Source: Thermoplasmata archaeon (GTDB lineage Archaea; Thermoplasmatota; Thermoplasmata; Lutacidiplasmatales; UBA184). Taken from it: DNA of 64,000 nt. The translations under genes were made by a program, and so were the position numbers. This document shows, piece after piece, positions 46,464 through 56,296 of the stretch. Numbering within the stretch: the first letter of the stretch is position 1; each line of letters starts with the position of its first letter. The notes under the pieces are model-generated. The model searched no databases. It worked only from the letters and a program-made list of their open reading frames with translations, and had not been told where the DNA came from. The DNA is taken from NCBI GenBank assembly GCA_021844945.1, contig JAKBSJ010000003.1:98770-162769 (forward strand). The letters are read 5' to 3'.

Positions 46464-47176
46464 CCCGTCGAATGAAGCGGCGCGCGGCCCCGCGGAGCTG
46501 GACGGTCCCCCGCAAGGGAACGAAGTGGATCCGCCGGCCGTCTCCCGGCCCTCATCCTCAGGAGGACTCGATCCCTCTCGTCCTCGTGCTGCGCGACGTA
46601 CAGCACGTGGTGCATAATGCGCGGGAGGCTCGCATCCTGGCGCGGAACGGATCCGTACTGGTCGACGGCAAGGTCGTTCATGACCTCGCACGCGGCCTGG
46701 GCCTGATGGATACGCTCAGTCTCGGGGCCCCGCTCAATGCGCACTACCGCGTGGTCAAGGACCGGCACAACCGCCTGCAGCTCGTATCGATCTCGGGAGA
46801 TGAAGCCGGCGTCAAGCTCGCGCGCGTCCGATTCAAGCACTCCGTACCGAGCGGACGGGTCGAGGTGACGCTCCACGACGGACGCAACCTCCTCGTGCCG
46901 GCGAACTCGCCCTACCGGGTCGGAGACACGCTCAAGCTCGAGGTCCCGACCCAGAAGGTCGTCAAGCACATGCCTCTCGCTCCGGGCCAGCTCGCCTACG
47001 TGAGCGGGGGAACGCATGTCGGCGAGATGGGGCATGTCGAGCGGGTCGAAGTCCGCAATTCTTCCCAGCCGAACCTCGTCCACTTCAAGGAAGGCTTCTC
47101 GACCGTGAAGGACCACGTGTTCGTGGTCGGTGAGACGACTCCGCTCGTGACGCTCCAGGAGGCATTGAGCCGATGA
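46460..47176 (+). CDS. rps4e: 30S ribosomal protein S4e (eS4)
   Basis: MKRRAAPRSWTVPRKGTKW... with S4 and KOW domains. ATGA overlap. Confidence 0.94.
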   Translation: MTRRMKRRAAPRSWTVPRKGTKWIRRPSPGPHPQEDSIPLVLVLRDVQHVVHNAREARILARNGSVLVDGKVVHDLARGLGLMDTLSLGAPLNAHYRVVKDRHNRLQLVSISGDEAGVKLARVRFKHSVPSGRVEVTLHDGRNLLVPANSPYRVGDTLKLEVPTQKVVKHMPLAPGQLAYVSGGTHVGEMGHVERVEVRNSSQPNLVHFKEGFSTVKDHVFVVGETTPLVTLQEALSR

Positions 47177-47736
47177 GCGCACCTGCCCACGGGGCCGCCC
47201 CGACGGCGACGGCCTCTTCTTCCCACGAAAATCCGCTGCGTGCGCTCAAGGTCATCAAGGTCGTGGTGAACGCCGGCGTCGGCGAATCGGGCGAAGCGCG
47301 CACGAAGGCCGAGAAGGTCCTCCAGATGGTGACGCATCAGAAGCCGGTCGCGACGCGGGCCCATTCCACGAACCGGGACTTCGGCATCCGTGAGGGCCAG
47401 GAGATCGGGGCGAAGACGACACTCCGCGGTCCGGGCGCGGTCGAGTTCCTGGAACACGCGTTCGAAGCGCGGGACCGGCAGCTCGACCCGAACTCGATCG
47501 ACCGGTTTGGCAACTTCTCCTTCGGTATCGCGGACTACACGGACTTTACCGGCATGAAGTACGATCCCCAGATCGGGATCCACGGCATGGACATCGCGGT
47601 CGAAATCGGCCGCTCGGGTTGGCGCGTGCGCGACCGGCGCACGCGGAGCGCTCCGATCCCGCGACGCCTGAGATCGACTCGGGAGGAGACGCGTCGCTTC
47701 CTCGAGGAACGGTTCAAGGTCACGTTCGTGGAGTGA
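47173..47736 (+). CDS. rpl5: 50S ribosomal protein L5 (uL5)
   Basis: [21 protein letters not shown]...[15 protein letters not shown] overlap. Confidence 0.94.
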   Translation: MSAPAHGAAPTATASSSHENPLRALKVIKVVVNAGVGESGEARTKAEKVLQMVTHQKPVATRAHSTNRDFGIREGQEIGAKTTLRGPGAVEFLEHAFEARDRQLDPNSIDRFGNFSFGIADYTDFTGMKYDPQIGIHGMDIAVEIGRSGWRVRDRRTRSAPIPRRLRSTREETRRFLEERFKVTFVE

Positions 47737-47744
47737 GAAGTTCG

Positions 47745-47891
47745 ATGAAACCGAAGAAGCGCTTTGGGCGGAAGGAGGGTTGCTTGCGCTGCGACCGCAA
47801 GCGCGGGATCGTCCGGCGCTACGGGTTGCACGTGTGCCGCCAGTGCTTCCGTGAGGTCGCCACCGACCTTGGGTTCCGCAAGTATCAGTAG
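47745..47891 (+). CDS. rps14: 30S ribosomal protein S14 (uS14), zinc-binding type
   Basis: 48 aa; [25 protein letters not shown]. Confidence 0.92.
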   Translation: MKPKKRFGRKEGCLRCDRKRGIVRRYGLHVCRQCFREVATDLGFRKYQ

Positions 47892-47904
47892 GGGAGGGTT
47901 CACG

Positions 47905-48294
47905 ATGCCTCAAGATTTGCTCAACGACGCACTCGTCTCGCTTCGCCATTCCGACCGGGGCGGGAAGGCGGTCGTGTCGATCGAGCCCACGTCGAAGCTC
48001 ATCGGAGAGGTGCTCCGGATCTTCCGAGAGCACCAGTACATCACGGACTTCACGTTCGTCGAAAATGGCAAGGGTGGCCGCTACGATGTCACGCTCTCGC
48101 GCCGCATCAACCACTGCGGCGTGATCAAGCCCCGCATCTCCGTCGCCTTCCGCGACCTCGAACGCTACGAGTCCCGTTACCTGCCCGCCCAGGACTTCGG
48201 GCTGCTCGTCGTCAGCACGCACCGCGGGATTGTGACCCAGCAACAGGCACGGGAACAGAAGATCGGTGGGAGGCTGCTCGCGTATGTCTACTGA
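47905..48294 (+). CDS. rps8: 30S ribosomal protein S8 (uS8)
   Basis: LLNDALVSLRHSD...GLLVVSTHRGIVT...GGRLLAYVY. Confidence 0.94.
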   Translation: MPQDLLNDALVSLRHSDRGGKAVVSIEPTSKLIGEVLRIFREHQYITDFTFVENGKGGRYDVTLSRRINHCGVIKPRISVAFRDLERYESRYLPAQDFGLLVVSTHRGIVTQQQAREQKIGGRLLAYVY

Positions 48295-48841
48295 GGAGAG
48301 CGTCGTCTCGATCCCGATCCCGCCCAAGGTCAAGATCCGGCTCGAGGGACGGATGCTGGTCGGAGAGGGCCCGCTGGGCACCGTTGCGCGCCCGTTCCCG
48401 AAGGACGCGATCAACGTGGCGGCCTCCGCAAACTCGGTCACGCTCACGTTGCGTCTTCCCCCTCACCGACGCGAGTCGAAGGCGCTCTTGCGCACTTGGG
48501 TGGCCCACGTGAACAACATCGCGGGCGGCGTCAGCCGCGGGGTCGAGGCCCGGATGAAGATCGTCGCCGCCCACTTCCCGATGAAGGTCGCCGCGAAGGG
48601 CTCCGAGCTCGTGATCGAGAACTTCCTCGGCGAAAAGCACCCGCGCTCGGCCCCGCTGCTCCCGGGCACGAAGGCGACCGTCGAAGGGGAGTTCGTCCTC
48701 CTCGCGGGCAACGACGTCGAGCAGGTCGGCCAGAGCGCGGCGAACATCGAGCGCGCCACGCATATCCGGGACTACGATCCCCGCGTCTTCCAGGACGGAA
48801 TCTACCTGATCGAGTCGGCCCACCTGAAGGAGGCCAGCTGA
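48284..48841 (+). CDS. rpl6: 50S ribosomal protein L6 (uL6)
   Basis: Two-domain uL6 pattern (FPMKV...ENFLGEKHPR...DPRVFQDGIY). ATG 48284 overlaps rps8 by 11 nt. Confidence 0.92.
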   Translation: MSTEESVVSIPIPPKVKIRLEGRMLVGEGPLGTVARPFPKDAINVAASANSVTLTLRLPPHRRESKALLRTWVAHVNNIAGGVSRGVEARMKIVAAHFPMKVAAKGSELVIENFLGEKHPRSAPLLPGTKATVEGEFVLLAGNDVEQVGQSAANIERATHIRDYDPRVFQDGIYLIESAHLKEAS

Positions 48842-49422
48842 TGGCGGACGGGACCGCGAAGGAACCCGCGACCGAGAGCCCTCCGCCCGCGGCGGAGACC
48901 GCCCCGGTCCCGGCGCCGAAGCGCCGGCGCTCGGTGAAGGCTGCCAAGCCGCCCGAACCGACGTCCCCCGAGGTCGTGACCGCGAAGGAGCTACGCGCGC
49001 CGAAGCGTGCCGCGCTCGATCCGGCGACCGCGCGGGCGCTCCTCCTACGACGCGAGGCCGATCGGCACCGACCGCTCTTCGTACGCCAGGCCGCGCACCG
49101 CTACGCGCGCATCGGCCGCGAGGAGTCCTGGCGGCGACCGCGGGGCCTTCAGTCGAAGCAACGTCGCCATTACGGATACCGTTCCGTGGTCGTCCGCATC
49201 GGCTATCGATCTCCGGCCCGCGCCCGGGGCCTCGTGCCGAGCGGGTTCCGACCCGTGATCGTTCGCACGTCCCAGGAGCTCGCACGGATCGACGCCCAGA
49301 AGGAAGCGGTGATCATCGCACGCACCGTCGGCACGCGACGCCGACTCGCGCTCGAGGAAGCGGCGCGCCGGCTCGGACTTCATCTGCTCAACCCGATCGC
49401 GACGCCCGAGTCGGAGGAGTGA
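48841..49422 (+). CDS. rpl32e: 50S ribosomal protein L32e (eL32) with Pro/Ala-rich N-terminal extension
   Basis: Core FVRQAAHRYARIG..WRRPRGLQSKQRR..GYRSP. TGATG overlap with rpl6. Confidence 0.9.
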   Translation: MADGTAKEPATESPPPAAETAPVPAPKRRRSVKAAKPPEPTSPEVVTAKELRAPKRAALDPATARALLLRREADRHRPLFVRQAAHRYARIGREESWRRPRGLQSKQRRHYGYRSVVVRIGYRSPARARGLVPSGFRPVIVRTSQELARIDAQKEAVIIARTVGTRRRLALEEAARRLGLHLLNPIATPESEE

Positions 49423-49427
49423 GCCCG

Positions 49428-49892
49428 ATGTCGGACCTCTCCAACCAGCGCCGCCTGGCATCCCTGATCTTGAAGTGCGGCGAGAACCGGGTCTGGATCG
49501 ACGGCCAGCGTCAGGACGAGATCATCGACGCCGTCACGCGTCAGGATATCCGCACGCTGATCAAGAGCGGCGCGATCCGACGGCGGAGCATCCTGGGAAC
49601 GAGCCGCGTGCGCGCGCGCCGGCACGCCGCCGAGGTCGCGAAGGGTCGCCACGCGGGGCCCGGTTCCCGGCGAGGTACTCCGGCCAGCCGCGTCAGCGGG
49701 AAATCGCGCTGGATGCGCCGTATCCGCGCACAGCGCGAACTCCTGCGCACCCTGCGCGACGAAGAGAAGATCCCGCCCGGTGCTTACCGACGCTTTTACC
49801 GCCAAGCGAAGGGCGGCATGTTCCGCAGCCGGGCTCACCTCTTGCTCAACCTCCGGCTCGCCGGTGTTCTGCCGGCGGGAGGCCCGCCATGA
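49428..49892 (+). CDS. rpl19e: 50S ribosomal protein L19e (eL19)
   Basis: [25 protein letters not shown]. An alternative GTG 49419 overlaps the rpl32e stop. Confidence 0.93.
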   Translation: MSDLSNQRRLASLILKCGENRVWIDGQRQDEIIDAVTRQDIRTLIKSGAIRRRSILGTSRVRARRHAAEVAKGRHAGPGSRRGTPASRVSGKSRWMRRIRAQRELLRTLRDEEKIPPGAYRRFYRQAKGGMFRSRAHLLLNLRLAGVLPAGGPP

Positions 49893-50413
49893 GCATCGGC
49901 CCGCGCTACCGCGTGCCGTTCCGTCGCCGGCGGGAGGGCCGTACGGACTATCGCGTGCGCCTGAAGCTCTTGAAGGGCGGCACGACCCGGGCGGTCGTGC
50001 GGTTTTCCCACCACCGCGTGGAGGTCGCGCTCGTCGATTATGCGGCCGAAGGCGACCGGGTGGTCGCCCAGGCCACGAGCTCCGAACTCGCGCGCCTCGG
50101 GTTCCCGCCCACGAGCGGAGCGTCGACCCCGGCGGCCTATCTGACGGGTTATCTTGCGGGCCTTCGCGCGAAGTCCCAGGGGAGCTCCGAGGCGATCCTC
50201 GACTTGGGCCTGCGTCGTCCCACCCCCGGGGGACGGGCGCTGGCATCGCTCAAGGGCTTGTTGGATGCCGGGATCGAGATCCCTCACGGGGAGACGAGAT
50301 TCCCCGAGGCGGACCGGTTGAACGGCACGCATCTACCCACCCATCTCCCCGAGCCGATCGAGATGTACAAGGGCAAGCTCCCGACGATCGTCGCCCGGGA
50401 GGAGAAGAAGTGA
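49889..50413 (+). CDS. rpl18: 50S ribosomal protein L18 (uL18)
   Basis: [26 protein letters not shown] overlap. Confidence 0.94.
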   Translation: MSIGPRYRVPFRRRREGRTDYRVRLKLLKGGTTRAVVRFSHHRVEVALVDYAAEGDRVVAQATSSELARLGFPPTSGASTPAAYLTGYLAGLRAKSQGSSEAILDLGLRRPTPGGRALASLKGLLDAGIEIPHGETRFPEADRLNGTHLPTHLPEPIEMYKGKLPTIVAREEKK

Positions 50414-51300
50414 CCGCGGCCGCCCTGCCCAGCGCACCTACCCCGGAGACCGGGGGCCGGCCCTCTCCGCCGGCACCGCCGCCCTGGATCCCGAAGACCG
50501 AGCTCGGCCGGCGCGTGGCCGCAGGCGAGCTCACCACGATCGGCGAGGTCCTCGCGACCGGCCTTCCGCTCCGCGAGCCCCAGATCGTCGACAAGCTCCT
50601 GCCGGGCCTCCACGACGAGGTCCTCGACGTGAATATGGTCCAGCGGATGACCGACTCCGGTCGTCGGTTCAAGTTCGCGGTGACGGTCGTGGTCGGGAAC
50701 GGTGACGGGTACGTCGGGCTCGGACGCGCGAAGGGACGGGAAGTCGGACCCACGATCCGGCGCGCCATCGATCGCGCGAAGCTCGGGATCGTGGAGATCC
50801 TCCGCGGATGCGGGAGCTGGGAGTGCGGCTGCGGACGCTCGCACACTCTGCCGTTCCAGGTGCACGCCCGATCGGGCTCGGTCGTCGTCACGCTCAAGCC
50901 CGCGCCCCGCGGAGTCGGCCTCGCGGTCGGCGACGTGGTCAAACCGATCCTTCGGTTCGCCGGCATCACCGATGCATGGGGATACACCGACGGTCACACC
51001 AAGACGACCGTCAACTACGCGCAAGCGGCGTACCGTGCGCTCTCCGATCTCTCCCGGCTCAAGGTCCCCGACGCCGACGCGACGCGCCTAAAAATCGTCC
51101 GGGGTGGCACCGGCACGTCGATCCTGCCTCCGAAGGAGGATACTCCGCGCCCGACGCGAGGGGGCCCGGGCGGCCGCCGGGGCCCGTCCCGCGGTCGCGG
51201 GGGACCTCCGGGTCGCGGCGGGCCGGGCGCCCGCGGTGGGGGACCCGGTCGGCGGGGCCCGCCCCCGGCGGCACCGTCCGGGGGAGGAGGGGGCCGTTAG
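50410..51300 (+). CDS. rps5: 30S ribosomal protein S5 (uS5) with a C-terminal RGG-rich extension
   Basis: dsRBD-like and uS5 C-terminal domains ([21 protein letters not shown]...[10 protein letters not shown]). The last roughly 60 aa read [38 protein letters not shown] overlap with rpl18. Confidence 0.92.
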   Translation: MTAAALPSAPTPETGGRPSPPAPPPWIPKTELGRRVAAGELTTIGEVLATGLPLREPQIVDKLLPGLHDEVLDVNMVQRMTDSGRRFKFAVTVVVGNGDGYVGLGRAKGREVGPTIRRAIDRAKLGIVEILRGCGSWECGCGRSHTLPFQVHARSGSVVVTLKPAPRGVGLAVGDVVKPILRFAGITDAWGYTDGHTKTTVNYAQAAYRALSDLSRLKVPDADATRLKIVRGGTGTSILPPKEDTPRPTRGGPGGRRGPSRGRGGPPGRGGPGARGGGPGRRGPPPAAPSGGGGGR

Positions 51301-51303
51301 ATC

Positions 51304-51753
51304 ATGGCGTGGATTGTCATCCGGGTACGCGGGACGCTGCACGCGCGCCGCGACATCACCGAGACCCTGCGCTACCTGCATCTCACGCGCCCGAACCACG
51401 CCACCGTGATCCCGGAGTCTCCGGACTATCGCGGGATGCTCTACACGGTCCAGGGCTACGTCACGTGGGGCGAGGCGGACCCCGAGACCGTGGGCTGGCT
51501 GTTGAAGGAACGCGGCATCGCAAAGGACGGAAGCCGGCTCGGTGCGTCGGAGAACGGATCGACCCCGTCGCTGGACGAACTCGCCCGGACCGCGATCGCC
51601 GATGGCCTCGACTCCGTACCGGGAGTGCGTCCGCTCTTTCGGCTGAAGGCTCCCAAGGGAGGCTGGCGTTCGACGAAGAAACCGTTCCGACAGGGCGGAG
51701 CGCTCGGCTATCGCGGCCCCACCGTCAACGATCTCGCCCGCAGGATGGGCTAG
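51304..51753 (+). CDS. rpl30: 50S ribosomal protein L30 (uL30)
   Basis: IVIRVRGTLHARRDITETLRYLHLTRPNHA. Confidence 0.92.
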   Translation: MAWIVIRVRGTLHARRDITETLRYLHLTRPNHATVIPESPDYRGMLYTVQGYVTWGEADPETVGWLLKERGIAKDGSRLGASENGSTPSLDELARTAIADGLDSVPGVRPLFRLKAPKGGWRSTKKPFRQGGALGYRGPTVNDLARRMG

Positions 51754-51765
51754 GGAGAAGAACTC

Positions 51766-52200
51766 ATGCCGAGTCGCACGCGAAAGTTCCGGGGACTGCG
51801 CACGCACGGCCGCGGCATCAAGGCCGGCCGGGGCGCGGGAAAGCAGGGGGGTCGAGGGAACGCCGGCCTCCACAAGTACAAGTTCAAGTCGATGCTGATC
51901 TACGCCCCCGACCATTTCGGTCGGCATGGGTTCAAGCGGCCCCCCGAGATCGTCGAACACCCGACGACGCTCAACGTCGGCGATCTCGACGGCTTCGTTC
52001 CGATCCTCGAGGCGGCGGGAGCGCTCGAGCGCGAGGGGGAGACGTACATCGCGGACCTCGCGAAGGCCGGCGTCGATCGGCTCCTCGGAAAGGGCTCGGC
52101 CGGGCGCACGTGGAAGGTCTACGTCCTCCACGCTACGAAGCACGCCGCAGAGAAGGTGACCGTGCTTGCCGAGCGGCCGGCAGCGACCACCCCCCCGTAG
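51766..52200 (+). CDS. rpl15: 50S ribosomal protein L15 (uL15)
   Basis: TRKFRGLRTHGRGIKAGRGAGKQGGRGNAG. Confidence 0.93.
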   Translation: MPSRTRKFRGLRTHGRGIKAGRGAGKQGGRGNAGLHKYKFKSMLIYAPDHFGRHGFKRPPEIVEHPTTLNVGDLDGFVPILEAAGALEREGETYIADLAKAGVDRLLGKGSAGRTWKVYVLHATKHAAEKVTVLAERPAATTPP

Positions 52201-52201
52201 G

Positions 52202-52209
52202 GTATATTA
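52202..52209 (+). promoter_or_regulatory. TATA-box-like element (gtatatta) about 30 nt upstream of the secY ATG 52237 (possible internal promoter)
   Basis: This is the only A/T-rich octamer in the 36-nt rpl15-secY spacer. The spacing fits a leaderless or short-leader start at 52237. Confidence 0.35.
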
Positions 52210-52236
52210 CGGACCCTTTCGCTGCGAGCGTTCTCG

Positions 52237-53985
52237 ATGGTGGACGAGGAGATCCCACGCGATGTCCGCTGGGCCATACCCCTCGGGTTGATCGGCGTCG
52301 CCATCGTTGCCCTGTACTGGTACTGGGACCACCCCACGTCTCTCGGCCTCGGCTTCCTGGGGGCGGGCATCGCCGCGGTCATGGTCCTCCTCTACCTCGG
52401 ACTCTCGTACTCCGGTCCCAAGTCCCGGCTCTACGGGCTCAAGCCACTGTCCAGCCGCCTGCCCGCCATTTCCCAGCCGAAGGGCCACGTGCACTTCCGC
52501 ACGAAGATGTTCTGGACGATCCTGGTCGTCCTCACCTACTTCCTGCTGACGAACATCTACCTCTTTGGCGTGGACCAGGCGACGATCATCGACCTGTTTG
52601 CCAGCTACCGCGCGATCCTCGCGGGCGCCCAGGGCACGATCATGGACCTCGGGATCGGGCCGATCGTCACGGCCTCGATCATCATGCAGTTGTTCGTCGG
52701 GGCCAAGATCATCAACCTCGACCTCACCGACGACGAAGACAAGGGGACCTACCAGGGCTCACAGAAGGTCTTGGTCCTCGTGATGATCTTCATCGAATCG
52801 ATCCCCCAGGTCTTCGGGTACATCACCCCGGGAGCGGGCCTGGTCGCGAGCTTGGGCACACTGTCCCCGGGGAACGGCATCCTGCTCGCGAACACGATCA
52901 TCGTCGCCCAGCTGGTCTTCGGCTGTTACCTCGTCTTCCTCATGGACGAGGTCGTCTCGAAGTGGGGGATCGGGAGCGGTATCTCCCTGTTCATCGCGGC
53001 CGGGGTGAGCCAGCAACTCGTCCAAGGCACGCTCAGCTGGTTACCCCAGACCACCGGTGGCCCACCGGCCGGCGCGATCCCCAAGACGATCTACTACCTC
53101 ACCACACTCAACGCGGGCAATCTCGCGAGCGGGGGATGGACGGACATCCTCCTGGCGCAGCCGAACCCGCTCACGGCGCTGATCGGCACCGCGCTCATCT
53201 TCTTCCTCGTCGCGTGGACGGAATCAACGCGGATCGAACTTCCCCTTTCGCATGCCGAAGCGCGCGGAGCCCGCGGCCGCTACCCGTTGCGCCTGATCTA
53301 CGCGAGCAACATCCCGGTGATCCTGATGACGGCGCTCCTCGCGAACGTGAGCGTCGTCACGATCCTCCTCTACACGAACCCGACGCTCGCGCACTTCCCG
53401 TTGGTCGGCGGCCAGTGGTGGATTGGCGCCTACCCGAGCTCCGCTCAGGCGACCGCGCTGAACGTCTCGGCGACGACGCCGATCATGGGCGGGGCGTGGT
53501 ATCTCCAGACGCCCAACGGTTTAGCGTCGTGGCTGTTGCCGGCGATCAACTACTCGACGTACGGGAATGCGCTCCTCGGCCATAGCTGGTGGCAGGGGAT
53601 CGTGCATGTGGGGGTCTTCTTCGGAGTGATGGTCGGCGGCTCGATCCTGTTCGCGAAATTCTGGATCCAAACGACGAACATGGGTCCCGAGGCGGTCGCG
53701 CGCCAGATCGAGGCGTCGGGCATGCAGATCCCGGGCTTCCGTAGAGAACCCCGGGTGTTACGACGCGTCCTGGAGCGCTACATTCCCGTCATCACGGTGA
53801 TCAGCGGCGCCGCCGTCGGCGCGCTCGCGGCGGGCGCCGATCTCATCGGCACCGTCGGCGATGCGAGCGGGACCGGCGTGCTGCTGCTCGTGGGGATTAT
53901 CATAAATCTGTACGAGGCGATGGGCCGGGAGCAGCTCATGGAGATGAACCCGGTACTGCGGCGGTTCTTGGGCGGAGAGGCCTAG
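52237..53985 (+). CDS. secY: Preprotein translocase subunit SecY, unusually long
   Basis: The canonical SecY N-terminus (LKPLSSRLPAISQPKGHVHFRTKMFWT) begins around residue 68. It is preceded by two extra hydrophobic helices. The ten-TM SecY core and C-terminal RQIEASGMQIPGFR are present. Confidence 0.9.
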   Translation: MVDEEIPRDVRWAIPLGLIGVAIVALYWYWDHPTSLGLGFLGAGIAAVMVLLYLGLSYSGPKSRLYGLKPLSSRLPAISQPKGHVHFRTKMFWTILVVLTYFLLTNIYLFGVDQATIIDLFASYRAILAGAQGTIMDLGIGPIVTASIIMQLFVGAKIINLDLTDDEDKGTYQGSQKVLVLVMIFIESIPQVFGYITPGAGLVASLGTLSPGNGILLANTIIVAQLVFGCYLVFLMDEVVSKWGIGSGISLFIAAGVSQQLVQGTLSWLPQTTGGPPAGAIPKTIYYLTTLNAGNLASGGWTDILLAQPNPLTALIGTALIFFLVAWTESTRIELPLSHAEARGARGRYPLRLIYASNIPVILMTALLANVSVVTILLYTNPTLAHFPLVGGQWWIGAYPSSAQATALNVSATTPIMGGAWYLQTPNGLASWLLPAINYSTYGNALLGHSWWQGIVHVGVFFGVMVGGSILFAKFWIQTTNMGPEAVARQIEASGMQIPGFRREPRVLRRVLERYIPVITVISGAAVGALAAGADLIGTVGDASGTGVLLLVGIIINLYEAMGREQLMEMNPVLRRFLGGEA

Positions 53986-53988
53986 GCC

Positions 53989-54762
53989 ATGGCGTCCGAC
54001 GCAGGGGCCCCTCTGCCCAGCGCTGCCGGAGGCTCCGCCGCCCCGGCGCCCGCTCCCCGGGCGAACGCGCGGCCGGCGGGCTCGTTCAAGTTCTCCACGT
54101 TCGTGATCATCTTCCTGGGGATGCTCGGGCTCCTGATGCTCATCGACACCGGCACCCGGAACGCGATCACGAACTGGCTGGGCAACTATCACAATCCTTC
54201 GGGCTGGCTCTACGTGGCGATTGGGTTCAACTCGAGCTACCTTCTCGTCACGATGGCGCTCGCCGGCGCGATCGAGATGGTCATCACGGCGCTCGCCTAC
54301 AACTATACGACGGACTGGATCAAGGCCGCGAAGGTCCAGAAGTGGTCGAGCGCGTTCCGCAAGGTGCAGATGGCGGCGTTCCGGTCGGGCAAGAAGGACC
54401 GCATCGACGAGCTCAAGCCGTTCCAGCAGCGCCTGACCCGCATGTCGAGCGAGGTCTCGATCGCCCAGTTCAAAGGCATGGCGATCACCTACTTCATGCT
54501 CATCGTGATCTACTCCTGGGTCGGGGGAGTGATCGGGGCCGCTCCCAACGCCGTCGTCCACCTCACGAGCACGACCACGCTCAACCTGAACAGCACGGTT
54601 CTGGGCTACTTCCCCTACTGGTTCTTCTTGTTCAGTCTGTACACCGTTCCGCTGTCGTTCGTCTTCCGGCGCTTCCTCAAGCACTGGTGGCTCGCCCGGT
54701 ACGAGGAAGAGCACCTTCGGACCGGGGACGCCACCGGCACGACGCCCTCCTCCCCATCCTAG
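53989..54762 (+). CDS. DUF106 / EMC3-TMCO1-like membrane protein (archaeal YidC/Oxa1-like insertase family)
   Basis: Three-TM layout with a coiled-coil cytosolic loop (KVQKWSSAFRKVQMAAFRSGKKDRIDELKPFQQRL). A position after secY is typical for this family. Confidence 0.7.
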   Translation: MASDAGAPLPSAAGGSAAPAPAPRANARPAGSFKFSTFVIIFLGMLGLLMLIDTGTRNAITNWLGNYHNPSGWLYVAIGFNSSYLLVTMALAGAIEMVITALAYNYTTDWIKAAKVQKWSSAFRKVQMAAFRSGKKDRIDELKPFQQRLTRMSSEVSIAQFKGMAITYFMLIVIYSWVGGVIGAAPNAVVHLTSTTTLNLNSTVLGYFPYWFFLFSLYTVPLSFVFRRFLKHWWLARYEEEHLRTGDATGTTPSSPS

Positions 54763-54775
54763 GCGAGGAGAGCTC

Positions 54776-55315
54776 GTGGCCCTCCCGGTATTGGCGGTCG
54801 GGGGACCGCCGGGCAGCGGCAAGTCCACGGCCGGCCGGGCGGTCGCCGATGCGCGCAAGCTGACCTATCACGCCGCCGGCGACCTGTTCCGGGCCGAGGC
54901 GGCGCGCCGAGGGATGGACCTCGAGACGTTCAGCCACTACGCCGAAGCGCATCCGGAGGTCGATCGGACAATCGACGAAGAGATGGCGACGCTCGCTCGG
55001 CCGGGCGTCGTGTTGGACGGGCGGATCCAAGGCACCCTCTTGCGACGCCGGCAGATCCCGGTCATCGCGATCCTCATCACCGCGGACGAAGAGGTTCGCG
55101 CCCGGCGCGTGGCGGATCGGGACCACCAGACCCTCGACGAGGCCCGCCGTCGGGTCCGCGAACGCGCTCAGAGCGAGCGGGACCGTTACCGACAGCTCTA
55201 CGACATCGATCTCGACGCGGAGACCGGGGATCTCGCGATCGATTCCTCCCACCTCGCCCCCGATCAGGTCCGCGACCGGATTCTCGCGTTCCTCGCGGTG
55301 CGGCAGGGGGCCTAG
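54776..55315 (+). CDS. cmk: Cytidylate kinase (archaeal type)
   Basis: P-loop GGPPGSGKST and archaeal Cmk layout (EAHPEVDRTIDEEM...LDGRIQG). Confidence 0.85.
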   Translation: MALPVLAVGGPPGSGKSTAGRAVADARKLTYHAAGDLFRAEAARRGMDLETFSHYAEAHPEVDRTIDEEMATLARPGVVLDGRIQGTLLRRRQIPVIAILITADEEVRARRVADRDHQTLDEARRRVRERAQSERDRYRQLYDIDLDAETGDLAIDSSHLAPDQVRDRILAFLAVRQGA

Positions 55316-55319
55316 CCCC

Positions 55320-56270
55320 GTGGGGACGACCCCCATCGCGGACGAGAGGGTCCGTGAACGGATCGCGGCCGGCGCGTTCGTCCTCGTCGACAAGCCGAGG
55401 GGCCCGTCCTCCCACCAGGTGACCGCTTGGGTCCGGGACCTGATGGGGGTCCCGCGGGCGGGCCACGCGGGAACGCTGGACCCGAACGTCTCGGGGCTCC
55501 TATGGATCGGGGTGGGTCCCGGCTTGAAGCTCCTACCGATGCTGCTCGAGCTGCCGAAGCGTTATGTCGGTGTACTCGAGTTCCATGGCGAGGTCGCACC
55601 TCGGGACCTCGCCCGGGTCATCGCGGAGTTCACCGGCCCGATCTATCAGACCCCGCCCGTCCGTTCGGCCGTCCGAAGAGAGCGGCGAGTTCGACGGATC
55701 CATCGCCTCGCCGTGATCGAGACCCAGGGTCCTTCGGTGCTGTTCGATGTCCGTGCGGACTCGGGCACGTACATCCGCACGCTCGCCGTCGATCTCGGCG
55801 ACGCGCTCGGCGTCGGAGCGCATATGGTCGAGCTGCGACGGATCGGAACCGGGCCGTTCACGGAGAAGGACTCGGTCTCCCTCTCCGAACTCGCCGACGC
55901 TCGGGTCTTGGCCGACCAGGGCGACGCCTCCCACTTGCTCGGCCTGCTCCATCCCATCTCCGAGGTCTGGAGGGAGTTCCCCCAAGTCGTGCTCCGGGAA
56001 GGGGCCGCGGGAGCCGTCGCCCACGGTGCGAACCTCGCGCGGGGGGGGATCGCGTCGATCTCCCGCCCGTTCTCGCGGGAGGCGCGGGTCGCCCTCGTCG
56101 ACGCCTCCGGGACCCTCGTGGCCACGGGCACCGCTCTCTACGACTCCGCGGAGGCGATGAAGGTCTCCCGCGGCTGGGTCATCGATTCCGACCGGGTCCT
56201 CGCGGATCCGGAGCTCTACCGGCTCGCATGGCGCGAGCGTCGCGGCCCCAAGACACAGCCACAAAGTTAA
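55320..56270 (+). CDS. cbf5: tRNA/rRNA pseudouridine synthase Cbf5 (TruB family with PUA domain)
   Basis: KPRGPSSHQV, catalytic Asp context HAGTLDPNVSG, YIRTL, and a C-terminal PUA domain. Confidence 0.9.
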   Translation: MGTTPIADERVRERIAAGAFVLVDKPRGPSSHQVTAWVRDLMGVPRAGHAGTLDPNVSGLLWIGVGPGLKLLPMLLELPKRYVGVLEFHGEVAPRDLARVIAEFTGPIYQTPPVRSAVRRERRVRRIHRLAVIETQGPSVLFDVRADSGTYIRTLAVDLGDALGVGAHMVELRRIGTGPFTEKDSVSLSELADARVLADQGDASHLLGLLHPISEVWREFPQVVLREGAAGAVAHGANLARGGIASISRPFSREARVALVDASGTLVATGTALYDSAEAMKVSRGWVIDSDRVLADPELYRLAWRERRGPKTQPQS

Positions 56271-56296
56271 GAGGATAAGTTCCCGGTCGAACGCCC

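Noticed and set aside
45351-46691. 446-aa minus-strand ORF antisense to rpl14, rpl24 and rps4e
   Set aside because: The reasoning is the same: it is antisense to conserved ribosomal protein genes and has low-complexity Arg/Gly/Pro content.
50808-53585. 925-aa plus-strand ORF overlapping rps5, rpl30, rpl15 and secY
   Set aside because: It is Arg/Pro/Gly-rich and non-protein-like, out of frame with four unambiguous conserved genes. It is a GC artefact.
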